From the NCBI RefSeq assembly GCF_000172995.2, contig NC_014729.1, forward strand, positions 1,020,001-1,052,000: 32,000 nucleotides of DNA. Reading direction: 5' to 3'. Numbering within the stretch: the stretch's first letter is position 1; each line of letters begins with the position of its first letter. The translations under genes were made by a program, and so were the position numbers. The stretch is from Halogeometricum borinquense DSM 11551 (GTDB lineage: Archaea; Halobacteriota; Halobacteria; Halobacteriales; Haloferacaceae). Positions 8,894 through 16,739 of this stretch are shown one piece after another. The notes under the pieces are model-generated. The model was not told the DNA's origin. It ran no database searches and saw only the letters and a program-made list of their open reading frames with translations.

Positions 8894-9504
8894 GACACCT
8901 CGTCGATAGTGTCGAACGCCTCCTTCTCTGCCGCGCCGCCGCATTTCTCCACGGTCTCCGCGAAATACTGCAGTCGGGACAGGAGTTCGTCGGTGTCGTA
9001 CGCGGGCACGTCGAGACGCGAGGCGGCCACTGTGGCGTCGATTACGGCCGCGAACCCGCGGTTGATGGTCGGAATCGCCTTCGAGACGACGGTACTGTCG
9101 TGCGGGCGGAGTTCCCACTTCTCCCACCGCGTCCCGCCGCGCTCACCGCCGTCGATGCGCGTTACCTCGACTTCGACCCACGCGTGCGCGGCGTCGAGAA
9201 CAGGGTCGTCCTCCTCACGGATCGTCATCGCCGCCGAGACGAACTCGCGGGGATCCGAGACGAACTGGATGACCCCGCCACCCCGCCGGTGGAAGTTCCG
9301 CCGCGTCCGGGTGTTTCCCCACGTTTTCGCGGTTACCACGCCCGTCGCCTTGTCGGGCGCGTGCAACCCGAGCGCGGCGACGTTCCAGCGGTCGTTCGGG
9401 CCGCGCGTCGTCACCACAGACTCCGTGACGCCGCGGAGCGAGACGGGCCATCCGTCGGGAGAGCCTGCTTGTTCACCGTTGCCGCCCTCTCCACGCCCTG
9501 TCAC
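8869..9504 (-). CDS. DUF447 family protein (FMN-binding split-barrel-like)
   Basis: 211 aa. Its GTG start overlaps the upstream stop (GTGA at 9501-9504). The family assignment comes from my recognition of the sequence (…ESVVTT…N.A..G…V..TR.N...) and its position beside the CitG-like gene. Confidence 0.65.
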   Translation of the reverse strand: MTGRGEGGNGEQAGSPDGWPVSLRGVTESVVTTRGPNDRWNVAALGLHAPDKATGVVTAKTWGNTRTRRNFHRRGGGVIQFVSDPREFVSAAMTIREEDDPVLDAAHAWVEVEVTRIDGGERGGTRWEKWELRPHDSTVVSKAIPTINRGFAAVIDATVAASRLDVPAYDTDELLSRLQYFAETVEKCGGAAEKEAFDTIDEVSGWRERIE

Positions 9505-10352
9505 ACTGATACCCCCCGTTCGAGGGCGACGAACGTCGCCGCGCAGACGATATCGGCGGTCGTTCCCGGATTGATTCCCTCATCGACAAAGGCCGCCGCG
9601 AGTTCGGCTACCTTCTCTGGATCGCCGCGGGCCGCGTCCGCCCGACGCCGGACCTCGGCGGCCACCTCGGGACCGTGATTCGTCCGGACGAGCGTATCTT
9701 CGCCCTCCGCGAGGAGGTCTACGAACGCGCGGGCTACGCGGTCCGGTACGGGACCGTCGTCCGCGAGAATCGTCTCCGCGGCGTCGAACGTCCGCGAGAA
9801 ACCGCCCGTCCACTCCTCGGCGTTGCCGTCGCCCTCGCTTGCCGCCATCACGTCGTATAGCGTCGTCTCCCGGTCGCGGAGGGCTGGAATCGCGTCCGAC
9901 CCGCGGCGTACGTCGAGATCAGCGAGATCTTCCGGCGGATCAGCGACGGCCACGGCAACGTGTTCGAACGCGCGGTAGAAGTCGGCGGCATCGGCGACGG
10001 TCGTCGATTCGACGACCTCGGTGACGCCGTCCGGCGAGAGGGTTCCTGCGGCTGCGGCCCGGACGAGCGGGACGAGGAGGAGCAGACAGCCGAACTGCGT
10101 GTTGCCGCCCGACTGGTGGCTCATTCCCTCGATGGCGCGCTCGAAGGCGACCCCGACAGGTGCGCCTGACGCCGCGCGTCGGAGGCCTCGGTTGGCTCCG
10201 ACAGCCCCCGCGAGGAAGTGCTCAAATCGGAGCTCATCGAGGTCGCGTTCTCGGTCAACGTTGCCCGGTTTCGGCGTTCCGGTAACTTCGAGAAGCAGAG
10301 CGAGTTGGGCGTTTTCGGCCGGCGTGCGCGGTGTCGAACGCTCGACCGTCAC
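9501..10352 (-). CDS. Triphosphoribosyl-dephospho-CoA synthase (CitG/MdcB) family protein
   Basis: 283 aa. The N-terminal A..A..ALLLEV...PKPGNVDR motif and a later GGNTQ.G motif are characteristic of CitG-family ATP:dephospho-CoA triphosphoribosyl transferases. Its GTG start overlaps the upstream stop (GTGA at 10349-10352). Confidence 0.8.
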   Translation of the reverse strand: MTVERSTPRTPAENAQLALLLEVTGTPKPGNVDRERDLDELRFEHFLAGAVGANRGLRRAASGAPVGVAFERAIEGMSHQSGGNTQFGCLLLLVPLVRAAAAGTLSPDGVTEVVESTTVADAADFYRAFEHVAVAVADPPEDLADLDVRRGSDAIPALRDRETTLYDVMAASEGDGNAEEWTGGFSRTFDAAETILADDGPVPDRVARAFVDLLAEGEDTLVRTNHGPEVAAEVRRRADAARGDPEKVAELAAAFVDEGINPGTTADIVCAATFVALERGVSV

Positions 10353-11122
10353 GGCCCCACCTCCGAGATTTCTCCGCTTGCCCCCGTCTCGTCATCGAAC
10401 CAATCGTCAACCGCCGCGCGGACGCGCCGCAGGACGCGCGGATCGGTGCTGGGTCGGCCGACGCTGACGGCATCCGCGCCGTAGCCGAGGTACTCGCGGA
10501 CGCTCGCTTCCCCGCGGACCTCGTTGTTGGCGACGACGAAGAGAGAGGAGTCGGAAACGTCGGCGATGACTTCTTCGGAGTCCATCGCATCGACGTGGAG
10601 TATCGACGCGCCCGCGTCAGCGACTCGGTCTGCGGTCGTTTCGAGGGAGACACCCTCGATTTCGGCGCGGACTTTCACGCTCACCGTCGCGCCCTCGTCT
10701 GCGGCGGCGGCGACGTACTCACAGAGTCTGTCAGTGTCGCGGAGAAGCGTCTCTCCGCATCCGACAGCGCACAGTTCGTCCTGTCGGCAGTGCGCGTTCA
10801 CTTCGAGGATTGCGTTGCGGTCGGCACAGATGCGGGCCGCACGGCGAACTGGGCCGACGGTCGCGCTTCGGACGTTCATCGCAGCGTCGATGTCGGCGTC
10901 CGCGAGAGTGTCGAGTTCGCTTGCGACGAAAGCGAACGGGTCCTCGGGCAGGAACTCGTTCCGGTCGCGCGCGACGAGTTCGCGGGCCGCTTTCCTGCTC
11001 CGGTCGTCCAGACTGATGCCACCGAGAAACGCCATCCCGGCGTGCGATTCGGCTTGTCGCGCCCACGCGGCGTCGGCCTCGCCACTGAGACTCGCCAGTG
11101 CGACGCGCGGGTCGAACATCAC
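10349..11122 (-). CDS. Archaeal NifR3/Dus-related TIM-barrel protein (putative flavin-dependent oxidoreductase), uncharacterised
   Basis: 257 aa. The segment ...LEVNAHCRQ...GCG..LL... followed by a KVR block resembles the dihydrouridine synthase / DHODH-like barrel. The start (GTG 11122 or ATG 11119) overlaps the cofD stop. Confidence 0.65.
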   Translation of the reverse strand: MMFDPRVALASLSGEADAAWARQAESHAGMAFLGGISLDDRSRKAARELVARDRNEFLPEDPFAFVASELDTLADADIDAAMNVRSATVGPVRRAARICADRNAILEVNAHCRQDELCAVGCGETLLRDTDRLCEYVAAAADEGATVSVKVRAEIEGVSLETTADRVADAGASILHVDAMDSEEVIADVSDSSLFVVANNEVRGEASVREYLGYGADAVSVGRPSTDPRVLRRVRAAVDDWFDDETGASGEISEVGP

Positions 11123-12111
11123 GACACCTCCGCGAGCGCCGACTCGACGGCGCGGGCGACGCGTGCGGCGTCCGCCGGGCCGTCGATCTTCGTATCTGTC
11201 CGAACGACCGGCCGATCCAACGCGGTGCCGTCCTCCGTATCGAGAACGAACGCGTCCGCGAACGGGTACGCCTCGGCGACGCCCGCAGTGGACGGGTCGT
11301 AGCCGACGCCAGCCATCAGGTCCGCCGCCGGGCCGGAGAACACCGTGTCTTCGACGAACGGCGAGACGGCGACGACGGGAGTTCGGTCGAGGGCGTCGCG
11401 GAAGGCGTCCATCGAAAGCATCGGTCCGAGACTCGTCACCGGGTTCGATGGGCCGATAACGACGGGATCAGAAAGCGCAGTCAGCACCGCGTCGGTCGGT
11501 TCGGCGTCGTCGGCCCCGCGGAACTCCACGTCCTCGACTGCGGGTTCGGCGCGGCGGTGGACCCAGTACTCCTGAAAGTGCATCGCACCCGCCTCAGTGT
11601 GAACGATGGACGCGACCGGATCGTCCGACATCGGGAGCAGTTCGATATCGAGGTCGAAAGCGTCCGCGAGTGTGCGCGTCACCTCAGTGAGCGTGTATCC
11701 CTCGTCGATGAGAGACGTGCGCGTGACGTGAACCGCCCTATCCTTGTCGCCAATCTCCATGAACTCGGCAACGCCGGAAAAGCGTCGCCACCGGGAGATT
11801 TCCCGGCCCCCCGTCTGTGCGTCGTCCGAAAGGTAGCGCGGCCCGCCGTCGAATCCGGCGGCCTCCGCGAGACGGTGGAGTTCGTCGTCCGTCGTCGTCG
11901 TGTCGTCCTCGATTCCCCACCAGCGGTCGGTGTCGAGGACGCCGCCACCGTGAAACAGAACGGTGTCCACGTCGGGGCAGACGAGATGCCCGCCGAGTTC
12001 GACGTCGTCGCCCGTGTTGGCGACGACTGTCGTCTCCGACGGACCAAACACCTCGCTCGACCCGTCGAGCAACTTCGGGGTTCCTGTTCCCCCGGCGAGA
12101 AACGTGACCAT
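11119..12111 (-). CDS. cofD: 2-phospho-L-lactate transferase (LPPG:FO transferase), coenzyme F420 biosynthesis
   Basis: 330 aa. The N-terminal [14 protein letters not shown] motif and the ...[13 protein letters not shown]... block are typical of CofD. Confidence 0.8.
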   Translation of the reverse strand: MVTFLAGGTGTPKLLDGSSEVFGPSETTVVANTGDDVELGGHLVCPDVDTVLFHGGGVLDTDRWWGIEDDTTTTDDELHRLAEAAGFDGGPRYLSDDAQTGGREISRWRRFSGVAEFMEIGDKDRAVHVTRTSLIDEGYTLTEVTRTLADAFDLDIELLPMSDDPVASIVHTEAGAMHFQEYWVHRRAEPAVEDVEFRGADDAEPTDAVLTALSDPVVIGPSNPVTSLGPMLSMDAFRDALDRTPVVAVSPFVEDTVFSGPAADLMAGVGYDPSTAGVAEAYPFADAFVLDTEDGTALDRPVVRTDTKIDGPADAARVARAVESALAEVS

Positions 12112-12381
12112 TGAACGGGAGTTGTCCGCCGGACGGTTTGTATCTGACTCTGTTGGCGATGTCTTCCGGTCTTTGTCACTTCGGGACTCCCGATTCCAGT
12201 CCTACATCGGTAAATAGCCAGTTTGAGTCCGTAGCATCCTCCGGACGTGGAAGCGACACAGAACGACGACGCCGCTGTCGGAATCTGTGGTGAGTGCGTC
12301 CACCATTTGTTGTAAAATAAACACCCTGATAATAATGTTGTTTGGATAACAGTTTGCTGGTTGGTGTAAATTGAATAACAT

Positions 12382-12798
12382 ATGGGTGGTCGCTTCGATT
12401 GTCGTTCCATGAAAGAAGAGAATACCCGGTCGAGACGATCCGTCCTCCGAACTAGTGGTGCCGCACTCGTAGCCGCAACGTCGGGTCTTGCTGCCATGGG
12501 CACTGCTTCCGCTCACTCAGAAGACTACTTTGGAGAAGGGCAGCGAGTCGTTGTTACTGAAGAAGACGCACCAGCCTGGTTCGACGGTAAACCCTGTGAG
12601 ACGGAGACAGATTTCGGTCTGAACAAGGGTGTGATGGCAACCTGCCAGAATGACCAGCAGAGTCTCAGTTGCGCTGACTTCGTCAAGATTGGCGGACACG
12701 ACCTCCATGATGATGTATGGGTACACGTCGGCGACATAAGACACGACAACATACCGAATACCAGTTCCCCAAAACAGAGCGACAGCGGCGTGAACTAA
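12382..12798 (+). CDS. Secreted small protein of unknown function with a twin-arginine (Tat) signal peptide
   Basis: The signal peptide reads SRRSVLRTSGAALVAATSGLAAMGTASA|HSE (RR motif, hydrophobic region, AxA cleavage site). The mature part is about 95 aa with 3 Cys. The real start is probably the ATG at 12409 (MKEENTRSRRSVL). Codon third positions are not GC-biased, unlike the neighbouring genes. Confidence 0.6.
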   Translation: MGGRFDCRSMKEENTRSRRSVLRTSGAALVAATSGLAAMGTASAHSEDYFGEGQRVVVTEEDAPAWFDGKPCETETDFGLNKGVMATCQNDQQSLSCADFVKIGGHDLHDDVWVHVGDIRHDNIPNTSSPKQSDSGVN

Positions 12799-12812
12799 AT
12801 CGGTGACTGCCG

Positions 12813-12839
12813 GCAGACCGGTCTGCTCGCACGGTCTGC
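12813..12839 (+). terminator. Palindrome/hairpin cluster downstream of the Tat-protein gene
   Basis: GCAGACCGGTCTGC (12813-12826) is a perfect 14-bp palindrome. CGGTCTGC recurs at 12832-12839, allowing an alternative 8-bp stem. A T-rich tract (TTCTCTCTTT) follows. Confidence 0.4.
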
Positions 12840-13062
12840 ACTGGTCCCCCATTCTCTCTTTACGATACCGCTTGATACGCTGGCGAGCGTTGCTTAAACT
12901 GCTAATTCGGGTCTGGTCGGCTTCTGCTAAATCTCCAAGATTCGGACTGCAAGGCTGTCTACTTGTTTTTCGACCCTCGAAATTGAAGGGCAACTGCACT
13001 ACTCAGCAAATCTGCGCTGCATATCCGAAACGCCAAATACCCGACACCACACTCCCAGTCTA

Positions 13063-14241
13063 ATGACCGCCGTCAAGGACAGCGTCCACGACTACATCTC
13101 GCTTGACCCGCTCGCGCAAGACCTCGTTGATACCCCGGAGTTCCAACGACTCCGGCACATCAAACAGCTCTCGACCGTTCGGCTGGTCTACCCGTCCGCG
13201 AACCACACTCGATTCGAACACTCCTTGGGCGTCTACCACCTCGCTTCCCGTGCTCTCGACTATCTCGATATCGGCGGTGACCGGGCGCGACACGTCCGCG
13301 CCGCCGCCCTCCTCCACGACATTGGACACGGCCCGTACGGTCACCAGACCGAGGAGGTCATCCGCCGCCGGACCGGCGCGCATCACGACGAAATCGGCCA
13401 TCTCTTGGACGAGACGGATGTCGCCGCAGTTCTCGTCGCTCACGACCTCAACCCCGACCGAATCGCCGCTCTCGTCCGCGGCGACGGCGAACTCGGCCAG
13501 TTGGTTTCGGGCGAGTTAGACGTAGACCGGATGGACTATCTCGTACGCGACGCCCACCACACGGGGGTTCCCTACGGCACAATCGACACTGGTCGTCTCG
13601 TCCGCGAACTGCGCTACCGCGACGGCGAGTTAGTCCTCGCGGACGGAAACGTTCAGACCGCCGAATCGCTCCTCCTCGCACGCGCGCTGATGAACGGAAC
13701 GGTGTACCGCCACCACGTGTCCCGCATCGCGGGCGCGATGCTCGAACGCGCTTCCGAACGACTGCTGGATACCGGCGAGGTCGGCATCGATGAGTTCCGG
13801 CGGATGGCAGACCACGACCTTCTCGTCTCTCTCAGCGAACACGTCCCCGACCTCGGCCGTCGAATCGAACGCCGCGACCTGTACAAGCGAGCGGTGTGGG
13901 CACCCCTCGCCAGCGTCCCTGCCAGCGTTGTCGAGATGGATTACGCGGAAACCCGCTCTGCGGCGCGCGAAATCGCCGACAAGGCGGGCGTCGAACCGGA
14001 CGAAGTTCTCGTAGACGTTCCCTCACGGCCCAGTTTCAAAGAGTCGCGGACGCGCGTCATCGTCAACGGTGTCGTCCAGCGACTAGAAGAGGCCTCAGAA
14101 CTTGTGGCGGGACTCCGCGCCGCCGAACGAACGCAGTGGCGAATCGGGGTGTATGCTCCGGCAGAGGCGGCCGACGACGTGCGTGACGCCGCCGCCGACG
14201 TACTCGGACTCGCCGAGGTTCGCGTCGGCCTCGCGGAGTAA
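13063..14241 (+). CDS. HD-domain phosphohydrolase, SAMHD1/dNTP triphosphohydrolase-like (COG1078), paralog 1
   Basis: 392 aa. The motifs HTRFEHSLGV, LLHDIGHGPYGH and ELDVDRMDYLVRDAHHTGV match the SAMHD1-type H..HD..D catalytic set. Confidence 0.85.
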   Translation: MTAVKDSVHDYISLDPLAQDLVDTPEFQRLRHIKQLSTVRLVYPSANHTRFEHSLGVYHLASRALDYLDIGGDRARHVRAAALLHDIGHGPYGHQTEEVIRRRTGAHHDEIGHLLDETDVAAVLVAHDLNPDRIAALVRGDGELGQLVSGELDVDRMDYLVRDAHHTGVPYGTIDTGRLVRELRYRDGELVLADGNVQTAESLLLARALMNGTVYRHHVSRIAGAMLERASERLLDTGEVGIDEFRRMADHDLLVSLSEHVPDLGRRIERRDLYKRAVWAPLASVPASVVEMDYAETRSAAREIADKAGVEPDEVLVDVPSRPSFKESRTRVIVNGVVQRLEEASELVAGLRAAERTQWRIGVYAPAEAADDVRDAAADVLGLAEVRVGLAE

Positions 14242-14264
14242 CCCTCGATTCGCGCCCCCGACGG

Positions 14265-14272
14265 TTTTTAAG
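14265..14272 (+). promoter_or_regulatory. TATA-like box (TTTTTAAG) for HD paralog 2
   Basis: Centred 27 nt upstream of the ATG at 14295, in the 53-bp gap after paralog 1. Confidence 0.45.
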
Positions 14273-14294
14273 CGAAGACGGACCACACTCCGGT

Positions 14295-15521
14295 ATGGCG
14301 ACGATCAAGGACAGCGTCCACGACCACATCGAGGTCGAGGGCGTTGCCGAAGCCCTCCTCGACACAGAAGAGGTCCAGCGACTCCGACACATCAAGCAGT
14401 TGGGGACGGTGCAGTTGGTCTACCCGTCCGCGAATCACACGCGCTTCGAGCACTCGTTGGGCGTCTACCATCTCGCCTCCCGCGCGCTTACGCACCTCGG
14501 GATCGAGGGCGTGCAGGCGGAGCGAATCCGCGCGGCCGCCCTGCTTCACGACGTCGGCCACGGCCCGTACAGCCACAACATCGAGAGCGTCACGTACCGG
14601 TACACCGGCAAGTACCACGACGACGTTCACGAACTCATCGCAGAGGGATCGGTCGGTCAGGTCCTCCGCGACAACGATTTAGACCCGAACCGAATCGCTG
14701 ATCTCGTCGCCGGCGAGGGGAAGTACGGCCAACTGGTCTCTGGCGAATTGGACGTTGACCGAATGGACTACCTCGTGCGTGATGCCCACCACACGGGTGT
14801 CCCATACGGCACCATCGACCACGAACGCCTGATTCGGGAACTCACGTTCGTCGATGGCGAGTTGGTCCTCGACGAGGGGAACGTCCAGACGGCCGAGTCG
14901 CTCCTCCTCGCTCGCGCACTGATGAATCCGACCGTCTACCAACACCACGTCGCCCGTATCTCGAAGGCGATGCTTCGGCAGGCGACCGAACGACTCCTCG
15001 ACCAACCCGATTTGACGGCTGCTGAACTCCGACGGATGGACGATCACGACCTGTTGGCGGCCCTGCGGATGACGCCCGAGACGAAGCCGTTCGCGGATCG
15101 CCTCGACAGCCGAGACCTGTTCAAGCGCGCCGTCTGGGCCGAGATGGACGCCGTTCCCGACGACGTGATCGACGCCGACCACACGACGTACCGGGACTTC
15201 GAGTCGCGCATCGCAGCGCGTGCCGATATCGACCCCGAGTCGGTCATCGTGGACGTTCCATCGCGGCCGTCGATGACCGAATCGACCTCTCGCGTGATGG
15301 TCAGCGGAGAAATTCGTCGCCTCGGTAAGCAGTCGCCGCTGGTGTCGGCGCTGCGGACGGCTCAGAAACAGCAGTGGCGCTTCGGCGTCTACGCGCCCGC
15401 AGACGAGACGGATGCCGTTGGCCGCGCGGCCGTCGAAGAGATGGGACTGGACATCGACGACGCTCTCATCTCAGACGTGCGTCACGGCGTCCACACGACG
15501 CTGGACGAGTTCGCCGAGTGA
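14295..15521 (+). CDS. HD-domain phosphohydrolase, SAMHD1/dNTP triphosphohydrolase-like (COG1078), paralog 2
   Basis: 408 aa. It carries the same catalytic motifs (HTRFEHSLGV, LLHDVGHGPYSH, ELDVDRMDYLVRDAHHTGV) and is collinear with paralog 1. Confidence 0.85.
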   Translation: MATIKDSVHDHIEVEGVAEALLDTEEVQRLRHIKQLGTVQLVYPSANHTRFEHSLGVYHLASRALTHLGIEGVQAERIRAAALLHDVGHGPYSHNIESVTYRYTGKYHDDVHELIAEGSVGQVLRDNDLDPNRIADLVAGEGKYGQLVSGELDVDRMDYLVRDAHHTGVPYGTIDHERLIRELTFVDGELVLDEGNVQTAESLLLARALMNPTVYQHHVARISKAMLRQATERLLDQPDLTAAELRRMDDHDLLAALRMTPETKPFADRLDSRDLFKRAVWAEMDAVPDDVIDADHTTYRDFESRIAARADIDPESVIVDVPSRPSMTESTSRVMVSGEIRRLGKQSPLVSALRTAQKQQWRFGVYAPADETDAVGRAAVEEMGLDIDDALISDVRHGVHTTLDEFAE

Positions 15522-15525
15522 GGTA

Positions 15526-15553
15526 GATGAGATGAGATGAGATGAGATGAGAT
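15526..15553. repeat. Pentanucleotide microsatellite (GATGA) x 5.6
   Basis: Read directly from the sequence: GATGAGATGAGATGAGATGAGATGAGAT, starting 5 nt after the stop of HD paralog 2. Confidence 0.9.
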
Positions 15554-15640
15554 CCGCGGCCGGAAGTCTGCGACCGGAACCGACACATTCCGGCATCTGG
15601 GGTCGGGAGTTTGAAGCACCCGCCGCAGGGACTGTCAGTC

Positions 15641-16654
15641 ATGATTGTCGAGGGGACCATCCTCACAGGACGTGACTTCGAGCCCGTTCAGGGCCGCGTC
15701 GTCGTCGAGGACGGCGAGATAACGGCCATCGAGGAGGCGGACGTGGACAACTCGAACGTTATCCTCCCGGCGTTCGTCAACGCGCACACGCATATCGGCG
15801 ACTCCATCGCCAAGGAGGCCGGTGCCGGACTATCGTTGGATGAACTAGTTGCACCGCCGGACGGCCTGAAGCACCGGCTGCTCCGCGCAGCGAGCCACGC
15901 AGCGAAGGTCGAGGCAATGCGCCGGTCACTTCGGCTGATGCAATCGACCGGAACGGCCACCTGTCTCGAGTTCCGCGAGGGTGGCGTCGATGGCGTCGAA
16001 GCCATCCGCGAGGCCGCCGATGAACTCGCTATCGACCCGGTTGTCCTCGGCCGCGAGACGGCGGCGGCGATGCGAGAATCCGATGGGTTCGGTGCGTCGG
16101 GCGCACGTGATTCCGAGTTCGGTGACCTCCGTGCAGAGACGCGAGAGGCGGGGAAACTGTTCGGCATCCACGCAGGCGAACGTGACCCACACGACGTTGA
16201 TCCCGCGCTCGACCTCGACCCCGAATTCGTAGTTCACATGGTTCACCCCGAACCCGAACACCTCGACCGAATCGAGGCCGAGGACGTTCCAATCGTCGTC
16301 TGCCCGCGCTCGAATCTCGTCACCGGCGTCGGCGTCCCGCCCGTCCGCGACCTCTTGGACCGCACCACCGTCGCGCTGGGGACGGATAACGTGATGCTCA
16401 ACTCGCCGTCGATGTTCCGCGAGATGGAGTTCGTCTCGAAACTGACCGACGCGTCGGCGACGGAAATTCTCCGAATGGCGACGCTCAACGGCGCGGAGAT
16501 AGCGGGCCTGAACTACGGTGTTATCGAACCCGACCGCGAAGCGAAACTGCTGATCCTCGATGGCGACTCGGATAACCTCGCTGGCGCACAAGACCTCGTT
16601 CGCGCCGTCGTCCGCCGCGCTGGACAGGCGGACGTGAAAGACGTCCTTCTCTGA
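15641..16654 (+). CDS. Amidohydrolase family protein (chlorohydrolase / nucleobase-nucleoside deaminase-like metallo-hydrolase)
   Basis: The ORF track starts at TTG 15611; the ATG at 15641 (MIVEGTIL...) is preferred. It has the ...LPAFVNAHTHIGDS metal-binding HxH motif and a C-terminal beta-sandwich typical of this superfamily. Substrate unknown. Confidence 0.8.
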   Translation: MIVEGTILTGRDFEPVQGRVVVEDGEITAIEEADVDNSNVILPAFVNAHTHIGDSIAKEAGAGLSLDELVAPPDGLKHRLLRAASHAAKVEAMRRSLRLMQSTGTATCLEFREGGVDGVEAIREAADELAIDPVVLGRETAAAMRESDGFGASGARDSEFGDLRAETREAGKLFGIHAGERDPHDVDPALDLDPEFVVHMVHPEPEHLDRIEAEDVPIVVCPRSNLVTGVGVPPVRDLLDRTTVALGTDNVMLNSPSMFREMEFVSKLTDASATEILRMATLNGAEIAGLNYGVIEPDREAKLLILDGDSDNLAGAQDLVRAVVRRAGQADVKDVLL

Positions 16655-16713
16655 GGCGACTCAGCCTCGGTTTCGTTTCGCAACGATAGTCGTGAATAGT
16701 ATTAAGAGCGTGA

Positions 16714-16737
16714 GTAAACTACCTTGCGGTAAGTTAC
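16714..16737. promoter_or_regulatory. Imperfect inverted repeat GTAAACTACC-TTGC-GGTAAGTTAC between a TATA-like box and the usp start
   Basis: 8 of 10 positions are complementary. It lies between TATTAAG (about 16699-16707) and the ATG at 16740. Confidence 0.3.
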
Positions 16738-16739
16738 CA

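Noticed and set aside
12517-12999. 160-aa minus-strand ORF in the low-G+C islet; its N-terminal part (LGDLAEADQTRISSLSNARQRIKRYRKE) vaguely resembles a transposase or HTH remnant
   Set aside because: More than half of it is antisense to the better-supported Tat-signal gene. The similarity to an HTH is only impressionistic, and I cannot support a mobile-element call without a database search.
15526-15553. GATGA repeat as a CRISPR array or a C/D-box sRNA
   Set aside because: The unit is 5 nt with no spacers, so it is not CRISPR. The tract gives GAUGAG, not the UGAUGA C-box, and there is no D-box or guide arrangement.
16714-16737. The usp upstream inverted repeat as a BirA operator
   Set aside because: Only the GTAAAC half-site resembles bacterial bioO. 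The arm spacing is 4 nt rather than the roughly 15 nt of known BirA sites, so I report it as a generic operator-like element only.
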